Below the pieces are notes generated by a model. It saw only the letters and a program-made list of their open reading frames with translations. It searched no databases and had not been told where the DNA came from. This document shows positions 16,178 through 26,386 of a stretch of DNA of 64,000 nt, piece after piece. Source of the stretch: an uncultured Gammaproteobacteria bacterium (GTDB lineage Bacteria > Patescibacteriota > Microgenomatia > UBA10105 > UBA927); contig CAZUOM010000001.1 in NCBI GenBank assembly GCA_964621305.1, positions 10,390 to 74,389 of the forward strand, given 5' to 3'. The first letter of the stretch is position 1. Every line of letters begins with the position of its first letter. Made by a program: the position numbers and the translations under genes.

Positions 16178-18189
16178 CGCTTTCTTCTCCCGCCCAGTAC
16201 ATCTCGCGTGTGGGGCCGCGGATGGCGAAGTTATTGGAAAAACTCGAAATAAAAACCGTTAAGGATCTTCTCTATCACATCCCCTTCCGCTACAATGATT
16301 TTTCTCTGGTATCACAGATTGCGGCCGTGCAACCGGGAGAAATTGTCACAATTTCCGGCACGATCACAAAATTTCATAACGCATTTACCAAAACAGGCAA
16401 AAAGATTCAGGAAGCAAAAGTAACGGACCAAACCGGCACAATCGAAGTTGTATGGTTTAATCAAACATATCTTGCGAAACTTTTGCCTGTAGGGACCATC
16501 ATTACATTGTCCGGCAAAGTTGATTGGTTCGGAAGTAAGATAGTTATAAATTCCCCGGTTTGGGAAGTGGCCCAAAGCTCTTTACATACCGGAAGAATTG
16601 TTCCGGTTTATTCTGAAACCGAAGGAATCACTTCAAAATGGCTACGGGGGAGGATTGCATACCTTTTGGATAATGTTCTTAATCAAGTAGAGGAGATACT
16701 TCCGCAGTCCACAAGAGATCACTACCGACTGCCCGATATCCAAACTGCACTTAAAACGGTTCACTTTCCGCAAACTTTAGAACTAGCCAAAGCTGCCCGG
16801 CATCGCTTGGCGTTTGAAGAAGCGTTTCTCCTCCATCTGACCAGTTACATACGCCGTCGCGATTGGGAAACAGACAAAAAAGCATATCCGATGAATATCC
16901 CTGCCGCCAAAGTAGAAGAGTTTATCCGGGACCTTCCATTTCCTCTTACCGATGACCAGAAAACTGCTACAAGCGATATAGTCAGTGATTTAGCAAAACA
17001 CACACCTATGAATCGACTGCTGGTCGGCGACGTGGGAAGCGGAAAAACAGTGGTTGCAACAATTGCGATGTACATTGCGTACAAAAACGGTCTGCAGTCA
17101 GCCCTCATGGCACCAACCGAGATCCTTGCGATGCAGCACTATGAAACAATATCTAAACTACTCACTCCACTTGGAATGACGGTCGGCATAAGGACGGGAT
17201 CTAGGAAATCGCAAAATTCGGACGTTATCATTGGCACACACGCGCTTCTGTCTGAATCAATACGATTTAACAAACTCGGTCTTGTCGTCATCGACGAGCA
17301 GCACCGTTTTGGCGTTCTTCAGCGATCAAAGTTATTACGCAAAGCCGTTGGCAGCTTGACTCCGCATTTTTTAACCATGACTGCCACTCCCATTCCTCGC
17401 ACGATGGCAAGGACGCTGTTTGGCAACATAGATCTTTCGATCCTCGACCAAATGCCTTTAGGCCGCAAAAAAATCAAAACTTGGGTTGTACCAACAACCA
17501 AACGGGACAAGGCCTATCTTTGGATCAAACAGCAGCTCCGTCAAACCGGCGGACAAGCGTTTATTATTTGCCCACTCATTGAGGAATCAGAAACGTTGAA
17601 TATGGTCAAATCAGTCAAGAAAGAGTATGCGCGGCTGACTAAAATATTTTCCGAATTTTCAGTCGGACTCTTACACGGCCGGATGAAACCCGCAGAAAAA
17701 ACGAGAGCTCTCGATCGCTTTCGCACAGGCAGCTATGCGATACTCGTTTCAACCCCAGTTGTTGAGGTAGGCATTGACGTGCCAAACGCAACAATCATGA
17801 TGATCGAGGGCTCCGAACGATTCGGTTTGGCGGGGCTTCATCAACTGCGCGGCCGTGTTGGTCGAGGAACAAAGGAAAGCTATTGTCTTGTTTTCACTGA
17901 ACAAGACGACGAGGCAACGATCCAACGTTTAAAATCCATGGAAACCGTCTTTAGCGGACCGAGTTTGGCTGAAATCGACCTGACCATCCGCGGACCCGGT
18001 CAACTGTTCGGCAGGCAGCAACATGGATTTACCAGCCTTAAAGTCGCACAGTTTTCCGATTTAAAACTTATCGAGGACACGCGGCAAGCAGTGAATCTTC
18101 TCACAAAAGGGGACCCAGACCTGGTCAATTTTCCACTCTTGAGGAGTAAAGCTTCAGAGGATATAATAGACGGAGTCATTTCTGACTGA
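16174..18189 (+). CDS. recG: ATP-dependent DNA helicase RecG
   Basis: GDVGSGKT, DEQHRFG, TATPIPRT, HQLRGRVGRG. Confidence 0.97.
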   Translation: MTLSSPAQYISRVGPRMAKLLEKLEIKTVKDLLYHIPFRYNDFSLVSQIAAVQPGEIVTISGTITKFHNAFTKTGKKIQEAKVTDQTGTIEVVWFNQTYLAKLLPVGTIITLSGKVDWFGSKIVINSPVWEVAQSSLHTGRIVPVYSETEGITSKWLRGRIAYLLDNVLNQVEEILPQSTRDHYRLPDIQTALKTVHFPQTLELAKAARHRLAFEEAFLLHLTSYIRRRDWETDKKAYPMNIPAAKVEEFIRDLPFPLTDDQKTATSDIVSDLAKHTPMNRLLVGDVGSGKTVVATIAMYIAYKNGLQSALMAPTEILAMQHYETISKLLTPLGMTVGIRTGSRKSQNSDVIIGTHALLSESIRFNKLGLVVIDEQHRFGVLQRSKLLRKAVGSLTPHFLTMTATPIPRTMARTLFGNIDLSILDQMPLGRKKIKTWVVPTTKRDKAYLWIKQQLRQTGGQAFIICPLIEESETLNMVKSVKKEYARLTKIFSEFSVGLLHGRMKPAEKTRALDRFRTGSYAILVSTPVVEVGIDVPNATIMMIEGSERFGLAGLHQLRGRVGRGTKESYCLVFTEQDDEATIQRLKSMETVFSGPSLAEIDLTIRGPGQLFGRQQHGFTSLKVAQFSDLKLIEDTRQAVNLLTKGDPDLVNFPLLRSKASEDIIDGVISD

Positions 18190-18211
18190 ATTTTAAATTT
18201 TAAATTAAAAC

Positions 18212-18412
18212 ATGGCTCCTTTACCTAAACGCAGACACTCAACTAGACGAAGCGGCAAGCGAAGAGCAGCAATCAAACTATCTTTGACCGGTGTAGTCAG
18301 GTGTTCCCATTGCCAAGCTCAAAAATTGCCTCACAGAATTTGTTCAGCCTGCGGCTATTATGGCGGAAGGGCAGTCGTAGTAAAAAAAGAGAAAAAAACA
18401 AAGAAAAAATAA
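18212..18412 (+). CDS. rpmF: 50S ribosomal protein L32
   Basis: PKRRHS, CxxC..PHRICxxCGYY. Confidence 0.96.
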   Translation: MAPLPKRRHSTRRSGKRRAAIKLSLTGVVRCSHCQAQKLPHRICSACGYYGGRAVVVKKEKKTKKK

Positions 18413-18442
18413 GTGTCGTGTATCATGCCATGACAAATTTTC

Positions 18443-18793
18443 ATGAAAACCTCTTTTGATCCTCGACACCAACGCAGAGTTCATATCATACAAGCGCTTT
18501 TTTCCAATAGTTTCCGCGGCGGAGTGTCGGGACAAGAAGTCGAAAACATTTTAACCCAGACACCTATGCTTGATGAAAAAATTCAGTCAGCGGCACCGGA
18601 ATGGCCTGTCGATAAAATCGCAAAAATTGATCTAGCTATACTGCGGCTAGCCATCTACGAACTTTTAATTGAAAAAAAGGAACCTCCAAAAGTTATAATT
18701 GATGAGGCGATAGAACTAGCCAAAGAGTTCGGGAATGATAACAGCCCGAAATTTGTTAACGGCGTGCTGGGTACGATACTAAAAACAATATGA
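18443..18793 (+). CDS. nusB: Transcription antitermination factor NusB
   Basis: [30 protein letters not shown]. Confidence 0.95.
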   Translation: MKTSFDPRHQRRVHIIQALFSNSFRGGVSGQEVENILTQTPMLDEKIQSAAPEWPVDKIAKIDLAILRLAIYELLIEKKEPPKVIIDEAIELAKEFGNDNSPKFVNGVLGTILKTI

Positions 18794-19473
18794 GTATCGA
18801 TGAGCTGCAAGAAACCATCGGCATCAAATTTAAAGATAAAATACTGATCGCATCCGCTTTTGTTCATCGCTCATATCTCAACGAAGAGCGTTCAATAAAG
18901 GAAAGCAACGAGAGACTGGAGTTTTTGGGTGACTCGGTACTGTCGTTTCTTACGTCTGATTATTTGTATAAAACGTATCCCAATTATCCGGAAGGAACGC
19001 TCACTAACATCCGCTCAAGCCTGGTTAAGACGATAAGCCTGGCGGACATTGCAACCCGGCTTGAGTTGGGCGATATATTGTTTCTCTCACGGGGGGAGGA
19101 AGATTCCGGCGGACGTAAGAACCCGTCACTTCTTGCCGATACATTCGAAGCGCTTCTTGGCGCTATCTACCTTGACTCCGGCATTGATTCTGCCCGAACG
19201 TTACTAGCTACTTTTCTCTTCCCATTGGCTGCTGCTATAATCAAAAACAAGACGTACATCGACTACAAAAGCCTACTCCAAGAGATTATTCAAGAACAAA
19301 CCAAAATCTCGCCCACTTATCGGGTCGTCAAAAGCGATGGACCAGACCATGCCAAAACGTTCTGGATCGAAGCGCTTATGGGAAACGAGATATTAGGTAA
19401 AGGCATAGGGAAATCAAAGCAGGAAGCCCAGCAGGCAGCAGCCAAAAACGCCCTTGAGAATAGAAGGAAATAG
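18790..19473 (+). CDS. rnc: Ribonuclease III
   Basis: [12 protein letters not shown], ds[11 protein letters not shown]. Confidence 0.97.
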   Translation: MSIDELQETIGIKFKDKILIASAFVHRSYLNEERSIKESNERLEFLGDSVLSFLTSDYLYKTYPNYPEGTLTNIRSSLVKTISLADIATRLELGDILFLSRGEEDSGGRKNPSLLADTFEALLGAIYLDSGIDSARTLLATFLFPLAAAIIKNKTYIDYKSLLQEIIQEQTKISPTYRVVKSDGPDHAKTFWIEALMGNEILGKGIGKSKQEAQQAAAKNALENRRK

Positions 19474-19488
19474 CTATACAATAGGCAC

Positions 19489-19713
19489 ATGGTAAAGATA
19501 AGGCTCTCTGTCACCGGCAAACGAAATGCGCGCACTTATCGAGTGATTGCAATTGAGGAAGGCAAACGCAGGAATGGCCGCACTATAGAGCAGCTCGGCT
19601 ATTATAACCCGCTCGTAACGCCTCCCCGGGTGGTTGTCAAACGCGAGCGAGTAGATTATTGGCTCTCCGTCGGCGCGCAATTGACTCCAGCGGTCAAGAA
19701 ACTCCTAAAATAA
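19489..19713 (+). CDS. rpsP: 30S ribosomal protein S16
   Basis: MVKIRL, IEQLGYYNP, WLSVGAQ. Confidence 0.96.
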   Translation: MVKIRLSVTGKRNARTYRVIAIEEGKRRNGRTIEQLGYYNPLVTPPRVVVKRERVDYWLSVGAQLTPAVKKLLK

Positions 19714-19958
19714 TGAAAGACATGCTCCTGTCCATTCTTACGCAAATCGTTGATCACCCCGATGACGTCACTGTTGATGAGGAGCAACATGAACAGGGGT
19801 CAGTTTTAATCATTCATGCCAATTCACAGGACATGGGCAAGATTATCGGCAAAGGTGGTCGCATCATTCGCGCCGTCCGAGACCTGGTCAAGCTCATGGC
19901 AACCAAAAAAGGAATATACGCTGATGTAGAGCTTGCTGAAGAGGCCAAAAGCCAATGA
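19713..19958 (+). CDS. khpA: KH-domain RNA-binding protein
   Basis: DMGKIIGKGGRII; between rpsP and trmD. Confidence 0.9.
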   Translation: MKDMLLSILTQIVDHPDDVTVDEEQHEQGSVLIIHANSQDMGKIIGKGGRIIRAVRDLVKLMATKKGIYADVELAEEAKSQ

Positions 19959-20614
19959 AGTTCACCATCCTCACTCTTTTTCCGGAAATGTTTGGCGGAC
20001 CGTTTGATCACTCAATCGTCAAGCGCGCCAAAAAAAAAAGTATAGCAACAATTGATTTCGTAAATATCCGCGACTTTTCAACGGATAAATACAAAAGCGT
20101 CGATGATCACCCATATGGGGGAGGAGTGGGCATGATTATGCGGGTCGACATTATAGATAGGGCACTAGAAAATGCAAAATGCAAAATGCAAAGTGCAAAA
20201 TGCAAAACCATTCTCTTGGATCCGAGGGGAAAGGTCTACACGCAGAAAAAAGCGCGGGAATACGCTAAGTTAGACCATATTGTTCTTATCTGCGGTCACT
20301 ATGAAGGAATTGATGGGCGCGTCCGGGAGCTTGCGGATGAGTCGATCTCAATCGGCGACTACGTTTTAACCGGCGGAGAGATTGCGGCGATGGTTATTGT
20401 CGACAGCGTAGTAAGACTGCTCCCAGGCGTACTCAAAGAGGAGGCAACACAAACGGAATCGTTTACAAAACAAGGTACTTTGGAATTTCCTCAATATACT
20501 CGACCTAAGAAATACAAAGGCATGAAAGCACCTGACATTCTTCTCTCAGGCGACCATAAAAAAATCGCCGAATGGCGGCTTAATCAGTCCAGCCAACGTC
20601 TAAAAACACACTAA
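19955..20614 (+). CDS. trmD: tRNA (guanine-N1)-methyltransferase
   Basis: VDDHPYGGG, CGHYEGID, SIGDYVLTGGE. Confidence 0.97.
   Translation: MKFTILTLFPEMFGGPFDHSIVKRAKKKSIATIDFVNIRDFSTDKYKSVDDHPYGGGVGMIMRVDIIDRALENAKCKMQSAKCKTILLDPRGKVYTQKKAREYAKLDHIVLICGHYEGIDGRVRELADESISIGDYVLTGGEIAAMVIVDSVVRLLPGVLKEEATQTESFTKQGTLEFPQYTRPKKYKGMKAPDILLSGDHKKIAEWRLNQSSQRLKTH
20169..20207 (+). repeat. Heptamer AAAATGC x5 within trmD
   Basis: One mismatch unit; encodes NAKCKMQSAKCK. Confidence 0.9.
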
Positions 20615-21342
20615 GGGACAAATGGGTCGTCGCGTCCTTTTATACCGGTCGACAGTTGTTCTTGCCTGTTTTGAATATCTGAAACAAATTCCATGCGCGA
20701 AATTTTTACGAGCGTATTTTCTTCGCTTTCAGTCAACCCAGCGGTCGTAGATGTCGTTTTTGCCAATCGTCCATCAAATGGTTTATAGAATACGTCAATG
20801 GCTGCACGTAGACTAATATTTCCATCTTTCATTTGGGACATATCAAAATCTCTCACCATCATAAGTCTTCTAGATGATTCTACACTGTTGATAAACGACT
20901 CAATCGATTGACTTGGCCCAACAATCGAAACAGACAACGGTACAATGTGAATGCCGGTTTTCTTTTCGAAATCCAGACGAAGTTGCGCAGACTCTGTGGC
21001 CAAGCTTCCGGCGTTAGCAAGTGATGTGTCCAAAAGCGTCGCTCCGCTTGTAACAACGAGCCGATCAATAGCTAAAAAAATTGATGCAATCGACTTATCC
21101 TCAGGAAGTGCAGACAAAACGAGCTTGGCATGGTCTAAAAGTTGTGACTGGTCATACTGTTCATAAATATAAATACGAGATTGAATATTTTTAATATCTT
21201 CAGACAAAACTCGAATATCCTCAACGCTCTCAACCGTACGACGTATTAACGGCACGACACCGACAACGATCCCAATACAGGCAATTATGCCAATAAAAAA
21301 TGATATAATTAGGTGTTGATACCGTCGTATTTCTCTATTCAT
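20611..21342 (-). CDS. PilO-like pilus assembly protein
   Basis: N-terminal TM, ALP motif, position after pilM/pilN-like genes. Confidence 0.7.
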   Translation of the reverse strand: MNREIRRYQHLIISFFIGIIACIGIVVGVVPLIRRTVESVEDIRVLSEDIKNIQSRIYIYEQYDQSQLLDHAKLVLSALPEDKSIASIFLAIDRLVVTSGATLLDTSLANAGSLATESAQLRLDFEKKTGIHIVPLSVSIVGPSQSIESFINSVESSRRLMMVRDFDMSQMKDGNISLRAAIDVFYKPFDGRLAKTTSTTAGLTESEENTLVKISRMEFVSDIQNRQEQLSTGIKGRDDPFVP

Positions 21343-21351
21343 AATACGTTG

Positions 21352-21900
21352 CTATAGACGAAAAGAAACGGAAAATATTACCGAACCGTCTGGTGCCATA
21401 AGCAGAGATTCAAGCACAACAGATCGGGCTCCAATAGCTAGTAACGCTACCTTAAAATCGTCTATAATGATTCTCGCTTCGTCTAGCGATTGGGCTTTTA
21501 GCTGGAATGATATGTTCCGATTTTCCGACGCACTCACCGAACGAATCGCAGGTGAGCCAGCTGATGAAATAGTCGGCAATAGTCTGCTCCAAGTCATCCG
21601 AGCAGCATTCAAATCATGAATTATTTTTATCCGGTATTTTACCAAAGAAAGCAATGTTGCAACTTGAGCGTACGAGGCCTCTGTGTTTAACGATTGTGCA
21701 TGTTGATATTTAAGGCTTGTCACACGCGATGTTAAGATCAAAAATCCGATTCCAAAAAATGCCGCGAGTGCTACCGTCGCCAGAGAAAGAATGCTCACGG
21801 CCAGCCGCAATTTTCTACTACCAAAACCTACGATGTCGGACGATTTTGTTGTTCTCGTTATGAGATTAATACCAATTGCCTGCTCGGGTATGTCCTTCAT
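21352..21900 (-). CDS. PilN-like pilus assembly protein
   Basis: INL motif plus TM helix, downstream of pilM. Confidence 0.7.
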   Translation of the reverse strand: MKDIPEQAIGINLITRTTKSSDIVGFGSRKLRLAVSILSLATVALAAFFGIGFLILTSRVTSLKYQHAQSLNTEASYAQVATLLSLVKYRIKIIHDLNAARMTWSRLLPTISSAGSPAIRSVSASENRNISFQLKAQSLDEARIIIDDFKVALLAIGARSVVLESLLMAPDGSVIFSVSFRL

Positions 21901-21905
21901 ATGAT

Positions 21906-22934
21906 TTAGGTTTCATTCCGAAGAGCCAAGCCAACAGCAACCGTATACTGGCTACTTTCCGCCTCAAGGGCATTAAAATTCTGGTGTTTTCGTATATCGG
22001 CAAAAGGATCAGCCAACTGCACTTCAATTGTAAGTGATTGAGCAAGATACACCACTAGCCCTGGAAGCCTCGCAGTCCCACCAGATAAAAAAATCGTGTC
22101 GATCCGATTGTCTGGATATTTTTCAGTGTAAAATGTTATAGCATGCTGTATTTCGCTAATAATCGTATCCAGTATCGGCTTTATCGAAGCTAAAATTTTT
22201 CCTTCAAGCTTATCTGGTTCCACGCCGTAGGCACGTTTATACGCCTCAGCCTGTGACAGTTCAAAGCCTAAGCTTTGTGCAAGTAATCGGGAGATCGCTT
22301 CACCACCACTTGACATCGATCGTATAAATGACAGTTTGCCGTCTCGTAAAATAGCAATATCTGTAGTCTTAGCACCAATTGAGATAACCATCACGTGGCG
22401 ACTCGTCGGAGCCATATGAACCAATGCTCGACAAGAAGCTATAATCTCTGTTTCAAGTGCTACTGGATTTAAGTTGGCTAGGGTAAGCATAGCGATATAT
22501 TTCTCGACAAGGGATTTCGGGCTCGCAACGAGAAGTACATCCATAGTATTTTTTCCTGTTTCTGTAGATTGTCGTAATATCGAATAATCTACTGAAACCT
22601 GATCCAGAGGTAAGGGTATATATTGCTCTGCCTCCCACTGCATGGCGGAGGCGAGCTCTCGATCAGAAAGCTGGGGGACAGAGATTATTCTGGTAAATAC
22701 TTGCGACTCGGGAAGGGCTGCATTGACGAAGCGTGTTGTAACGTTTAAGTCTTTTGCTAATTTCGAAATGACGACGGACAACGCCTCTGTATCGGCAACT
22801 ACTGTTGACGTTAATGCCTTAGATGGAGTGGCTGCAATACCGGCAGCCAGTAGAGTTACACCATTTCTATCAACAGCAAGTTCAACCAGTTTAATGCTGT
22901 GAGATCCGATATCAAGTCCGAGTAACGATTTCAT
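21906..22934 (-). CDS. pilM: Type IV pilus assembly protein PilM
   Basis: GLDIGSHSIK, EAEQYIP, LSGGTA, AVGLALR. Confidence 0.95.
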   Translation of the reverse strand: MKSLLGLDIGSHSIKLVELAVDRNGVTLLAAGIAATPSKALTSTVVADTEALSVVISKLAKDLNVTTRFVNAALPESQVFTRIISVPQLSDRELASAMQWEAEQYIPLPLDQVSVDYSILRQSTETGKNTMDVLLVASPKSLVEKYIAMLTLANLNPVALETEIIASCRALVHMAPTSRHVMVISIGAKTTDIAILRDGKLSFIRSMSSGGEAISRLLAQSLGFELSQAEAYKRAYGVEPDKLEGKILASIKPILDTIISEIQHAITFYTEKYPDNRIDTIFLSGGTARLPGLVVYLAQSLTIEVQLADPFADIRKHQNFNALEAESSQYTVAVGLALRNET

Positions 22935-22949
22935 AGTGAAGATAATCCA

Positions 22950-23783
22950 TCAGTGAGTGATTGCTCCTGTTGTAAAAACAACTGCGTCAAAGTTTACCGG
23001 TGGACTACGGAACTGTTGATACACAACGACCTTGCGAGATAGTCCGCTTGTGGTTTCACCGCTTGAAGTTATTCGAGTACCTTGGCTCGGTAATGCTCCG
23101 ACAGCAAGGAGCGCTATTTTTGTATCGGAGTAAACTGGTTGAATCCGTATCATGAGTAGGATATCTGATGATGGATTAATTGCAGGTGAAAACGATGCAA
23201 ATGTCACGGTCTGTCGGTAGGTTGTACCTGTATTGACTCCGCATCCGCCACTGGCTGACGTAGGACTTGAAAAATAATTCGTAGAGCGTCGTGCCAGTGA
23301 CGGATCCACTGCTATCTTGGCAACACGGTAAGAGGCTGTTGGTGTTTTATAGATGACCGAAATAATCATTGCAGGTATTACCGTCTCCGCGCTCCAGCAT
23401 ATATCAAGTACTGGAGCTGTATAGGTAGGAATTTCGCGAATCGTCCCGTCAGCGTTGTGCGCTACTAGCCAAACCGTCTCTACCGACCCACGGGATGTTT
23501 TTTTAGGGAGTGTATAGATGCCAGTTCCTCCACCGATGTCAGTTTTTATTACGTTATACGTTGTCCCCGGTGCTAACACGACCGGCTGTGTTGGTACAAT
23601 TCCTGTCTTAAGAACTTCTTCTATCCCCGCCTCTGCAGCAGAAAATGCTTTCGCCGAATCGGCAATCTGAGTGCTAACGGAAATATCTATAGTTGACCGG
23701 CTGATTGCAGAAAGGACGACCGTTGCTGCAACAGATAAAACTAATAGGGTAATAAGCAGCACTTGACCGCGTTGAGTTTCCAT
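22950..23783 (-). CDS. PilX-like minor pilin
   Basis: RGQVLLITLL, AFSAAEAGIE. Confidence 0.85.
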   Translation of the reverse strand: METQRGQVLLITLLVLSVAATVVLSAISRSTIDISVSTQIADSAKAFSAAEAGIEEVLKTGIVPTQPVVLAPGTTYNVIKTDIGGGTGIYTLPKKTSRGSVETVWLVAHNADGTIREIPTYTAPVLDICWSAETVIPAMIISVIYKTPTASYRVAKIAVDPSLARRSTNYFSSPTSASGGCGVNTGTTYRQTVTFASFSPAINPSSDILLMIRIQPVYSDTKIALLAVGALPSQGTRITSSGETTSGLSRKVVVYQQFRSPPVNFDAVVFTTGAITH

Positions 23784-23832
23784 ATGAATCCATTGTAAGC
23801 AAGGGGATAGACCCTGGCAAGTCCTTCCCATA

Positions 23833-24354
23833 TCAATTTCTCAATATAATGGTGCTTTGAAACGCCGCTGATGCAGCTTGATCCGCAGCAACGCCAGAAA
23901 CCGGCTGTGAAAGCGTAAAGAAAACTTTCACCGATCGAGGTATTCCTCCAACTGTCGAACAGGTGAATACCGAGGATAGGGGACTGCTAACGGTAACCGA
24001 TGGCGTCGTCAAATATGTCGTTCCAAAGGCTGATACCGATGCTATTCTGATGACGGAGCCAACAGTCAAAGCATCAAAGGTAGTGACGCCGAGATCTTTA
24101 TCTTGTATCGTAATAGACTTGGCGCTTGTACCGGTACAAGGAGACGTAACTCCTGCTGCTGCTCGGATCATCCGCTCAATGATGGAAAGGGCAAAATCAC
24201 CATTCTGTTTTACTTCGGAGATGATATCCCGCTTCCCCTGTGTTTTGGTCGCGGTAAAAAGCGTCTGTACTATCATTGAACCTATCATTGCGACAAGGCC
24301 AGCTACTATTGCCATCTCAAGCAGAGTAAATCCTCCACGTAGTTGATGTTTCAT
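23833..24354 (-). CDS. Minor pilin (PilW-like)
   Basis: GFTLLE class III signal. Confidence 0.85.
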   Translation of the reverse strand: MKHQLRGGFTLLEMAIVAGLVAMIGSMIVQTLFTATKTQGKRDIISEVKQNGDFALSIIERMIRAAAGVTSPCTGTSAKSITIQDKDLGVTTFDALTVGSVIRIASVSAFGTTYLTTPSVTVSSPLSSVFTCSTVGGIPRSVKVFFTLSQPVSGVAADQAASAAFQSTIILRN

Positions 24355-24355
24355 C

Positions 24356-24787
24356 TTACCTCCACTGAGTTAGAATACTCGTAACATCGGTACGAAAAGT
24401 CTGTCCCGACTCTTGCCAGGTAATTCCAACGACTACAGTCATTTTTGGATCGTTCCAAGTAAACGTAACCGTCCGACCAAATACTCCGTCTATGTTGCTA
24501 TTGCAGTTTCCAACGGGTTGTGTCCAGACTCCAGCGCCATCTAAACACCATATCGTGCCTCCTGTGCTACCAAAGGCAACAAACGTTGACCAGCCGGCAT
24601 CACGCACCTTTCGAGACAGCTCCACTCCTTCTCTTGCAAGTTGAACCGATACGCTTTTCGCTTTCGCAATTCGTGCAGCTTTTATCATAGATGTAGATCC
24701 TACCACCAAACCAGTAATCATCAGAGCCACGACAGCAATGGTCATAATGATTTCCACAATTGTCTGACCACTTTGGTTGCATCTCAT
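24356..24787 (-). CDS. Minor pilin (PilV-like)
   Basis: GQTIVE class III signal. Confidence 0.8.
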   Translation of the reverse strand: MRCNQSGQTIVEIIMTIAVVALMITGLVVGSTSMIKAARIAKAKSVSVQLAREGVELSRKVRDAGWSTFVAFGSTGGTIWCLDGAGVWTQPVGNCNSNIDGVFGRTVTFTWNDPKMTVVVGITWQESGQTFRTDVTSILTQWR

Positions 24788-25245
24788 AAGAACCCAATCT
24801 CCTCGACTCTACCAGAAGGGTCAATTTGTATACGATACGACGAATTTTTTCCAGTTAGAGTCACTGACAGAGGAGACGCAATGCCGATGGTGCCGGTCAA
24901 GGATTGAAAGGTGAAAGTGCTCGGTAATGGACTAAACGAAACACCACTAGTGAGTGTGACCGTATCAACATCACCGACAAGGCCCTCAGCGCACAGAGAC
25001 TGAGTCGTGTAAGAAGATACTGCAAAAGAAATCGTAACGCCAGCAAATCGACTACAGCCGGTCTGCGGTCGCTTACCGGATATAGCACTCGTCTGCGCGA
25101 GGCGAAGGTTGTTTTTGAGAGATATAGCAGACTGCTTGACAGCTTGACGGTTATCAAATGTTTGATATCGGGAAATAATGCCTACAGAAATTAGAAGAGC
25201 CACCGCTATTGCAATAATAAGTTCAATGATGGTATACCCATTCAT
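24784..25245 (-). CDS. Minor pilin (FimT/GspH-like)
   Basis: GYTIIE signal, LRLAQ..A. Confidence 0.8.
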   Translation of the reverse strand: MNGYTIIELIIAIAVALLISVGIISRYQTFDNRQAVKQSAISLKNNLRLAQTSAISGKRPQTGCSRFAGVTISFAVSSYTTQSLCAEGLVGDVDTVTLTSGVSFSPLPSTFTFQSLTGTIGIASPLSVTLTGKNSSYRIQIDPSGRVEEIGFL

Positions 25246-25670
25246 GGATTTTTTGCCCCAAAATTATGTGAAATAGCAGTGTCCGGGGTACACGAACCAG
25301 AAGCATCTGCTCCTTCTAATTTAGCGCTTAAGCAATACCCGTAGTAGCTATTTCCCGATCTGTTGGTTGCCTTGTATCGATATGCTTGCCCCAACTGAGG
25401 GTCACCAGGGATTGCGGGTATATATGACGGAACCAATGAAGTTGAAAGACCACTCGCATCAACATAGGAACCACCACCAAGATTAGGGTAATATCCAATA
25501 TCAGTTCGATAAATCTCCAATGCGCTTCTTATTTGCTCCATGTCGCCTTTCCGTTTTGTATCCCTAGCCTTACGGTTTACCGTGCTATAAGAGACTGCTG
25601 CAAAACCGACAATGCTTGCAATAATCCCTATGACGACAAGTAGCTCGATGAGACTAAAACCCTTTTTCAT
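25242..25670 (-). CDS. Type IV pilin (GspG-like)
   Basis: KKGFSLIELLVV, ARDTKRKGD, YP, DP. Confidence 0.9.
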   Translation of the reverse strand: MKKGFSLIELLVVIGIIASIVGFAAVSYSTVNRKARDTKRKGDMEQIRSALEIYRTDIGYYPNLGGGSYVDASGLSTSLVPSYIPAIPGDPQLGQAYRYKATNRSGNSYYGYCLSAKLEGADASGSCTPDTAISHNFGAKNP

Positions 25671-26368
25671 TGTAATTTGTTCCACCAGACCATCATCTGA
25701 CTACCATATAACAAAGCAACGCTAGTCCCAATAATTAAAAACGGTCCAAACGGTATATGGCTCTTTAATTTTCTTCTGCCTAACAGTATCAGTATGAGCC
25801 CAACACATGCACCGGTCAAGAATGCAACGTAAAGAGCAAAACCTATTGCGGGAAATCCAAGAATGAGTCCAAGGAGAAATACGAGCTTTACGTCTCCAAA
25901 GCCCATTCCACGGCCTCGGGTGATCAACCAAAGAAAGAAAAAAAATCCTGCAGCAGCACCCGCAGCAAGCCAAGATGTGTGACCATATAAGATCGTTCCT
26001 ACCAATCCAACACCAATCATACTATCGGGAATAATTTCATATTTGAGATCCGACACAAAAATAATAACTAGCGAAAGAAAAATGAGCAGTGTCGCAATGT
26101 TGTCAGATAAAACAACAAAGCCTATTCCAACAGAAAATTCTACTATTGGATATTGCCATGAAAGGGGTTTACGGCATCTGCGGCATAGCCCGAGTTGAAT
26201 TAAAAATGATGCAATCGGGATAAGTTCAAACCATCGGAGCGTCTTTTTACAATAGTCGCAGACCGATCGGCCACCAAAGATATCCATGCCTTGAGGTAGA
26301 CGATCAATGAGCACGTTGACAAACGAGCCAACACAAATGCCAAAGAGAAAAAGATAAACCTCCACCAC
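25667..26368 (-). CDS. pilD: Prepilin peptidase
   Basis: GSFVNV, two CxxC, GMGFGDVKL, IPFGPFL. Confidence 0.95.
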   Translation of the reverse strand: MVEVYLFLFGICVGSFVNVLIDRLPQGMDIFGGRSVCDYCKKTLRWFELIPIASFLIQLGLCRRCRKPLSWQYPIVEFSVGIGFVVLSDNIATLLIFLSLVIIFVSDLKYEIIPDSMIGVGLVGTILYGHTSWLAAGAAAGFFFFLWLITRGRGMGFGDVKLVFLLGLILGFPAIGFALYVAFLTGACVGLILILLGRRKLKSHIPFGPFLIIGTSVALLYGSQMMVWWNKLQ

Positions 26369-26386
26369 TCTAGTATACTATGGAAT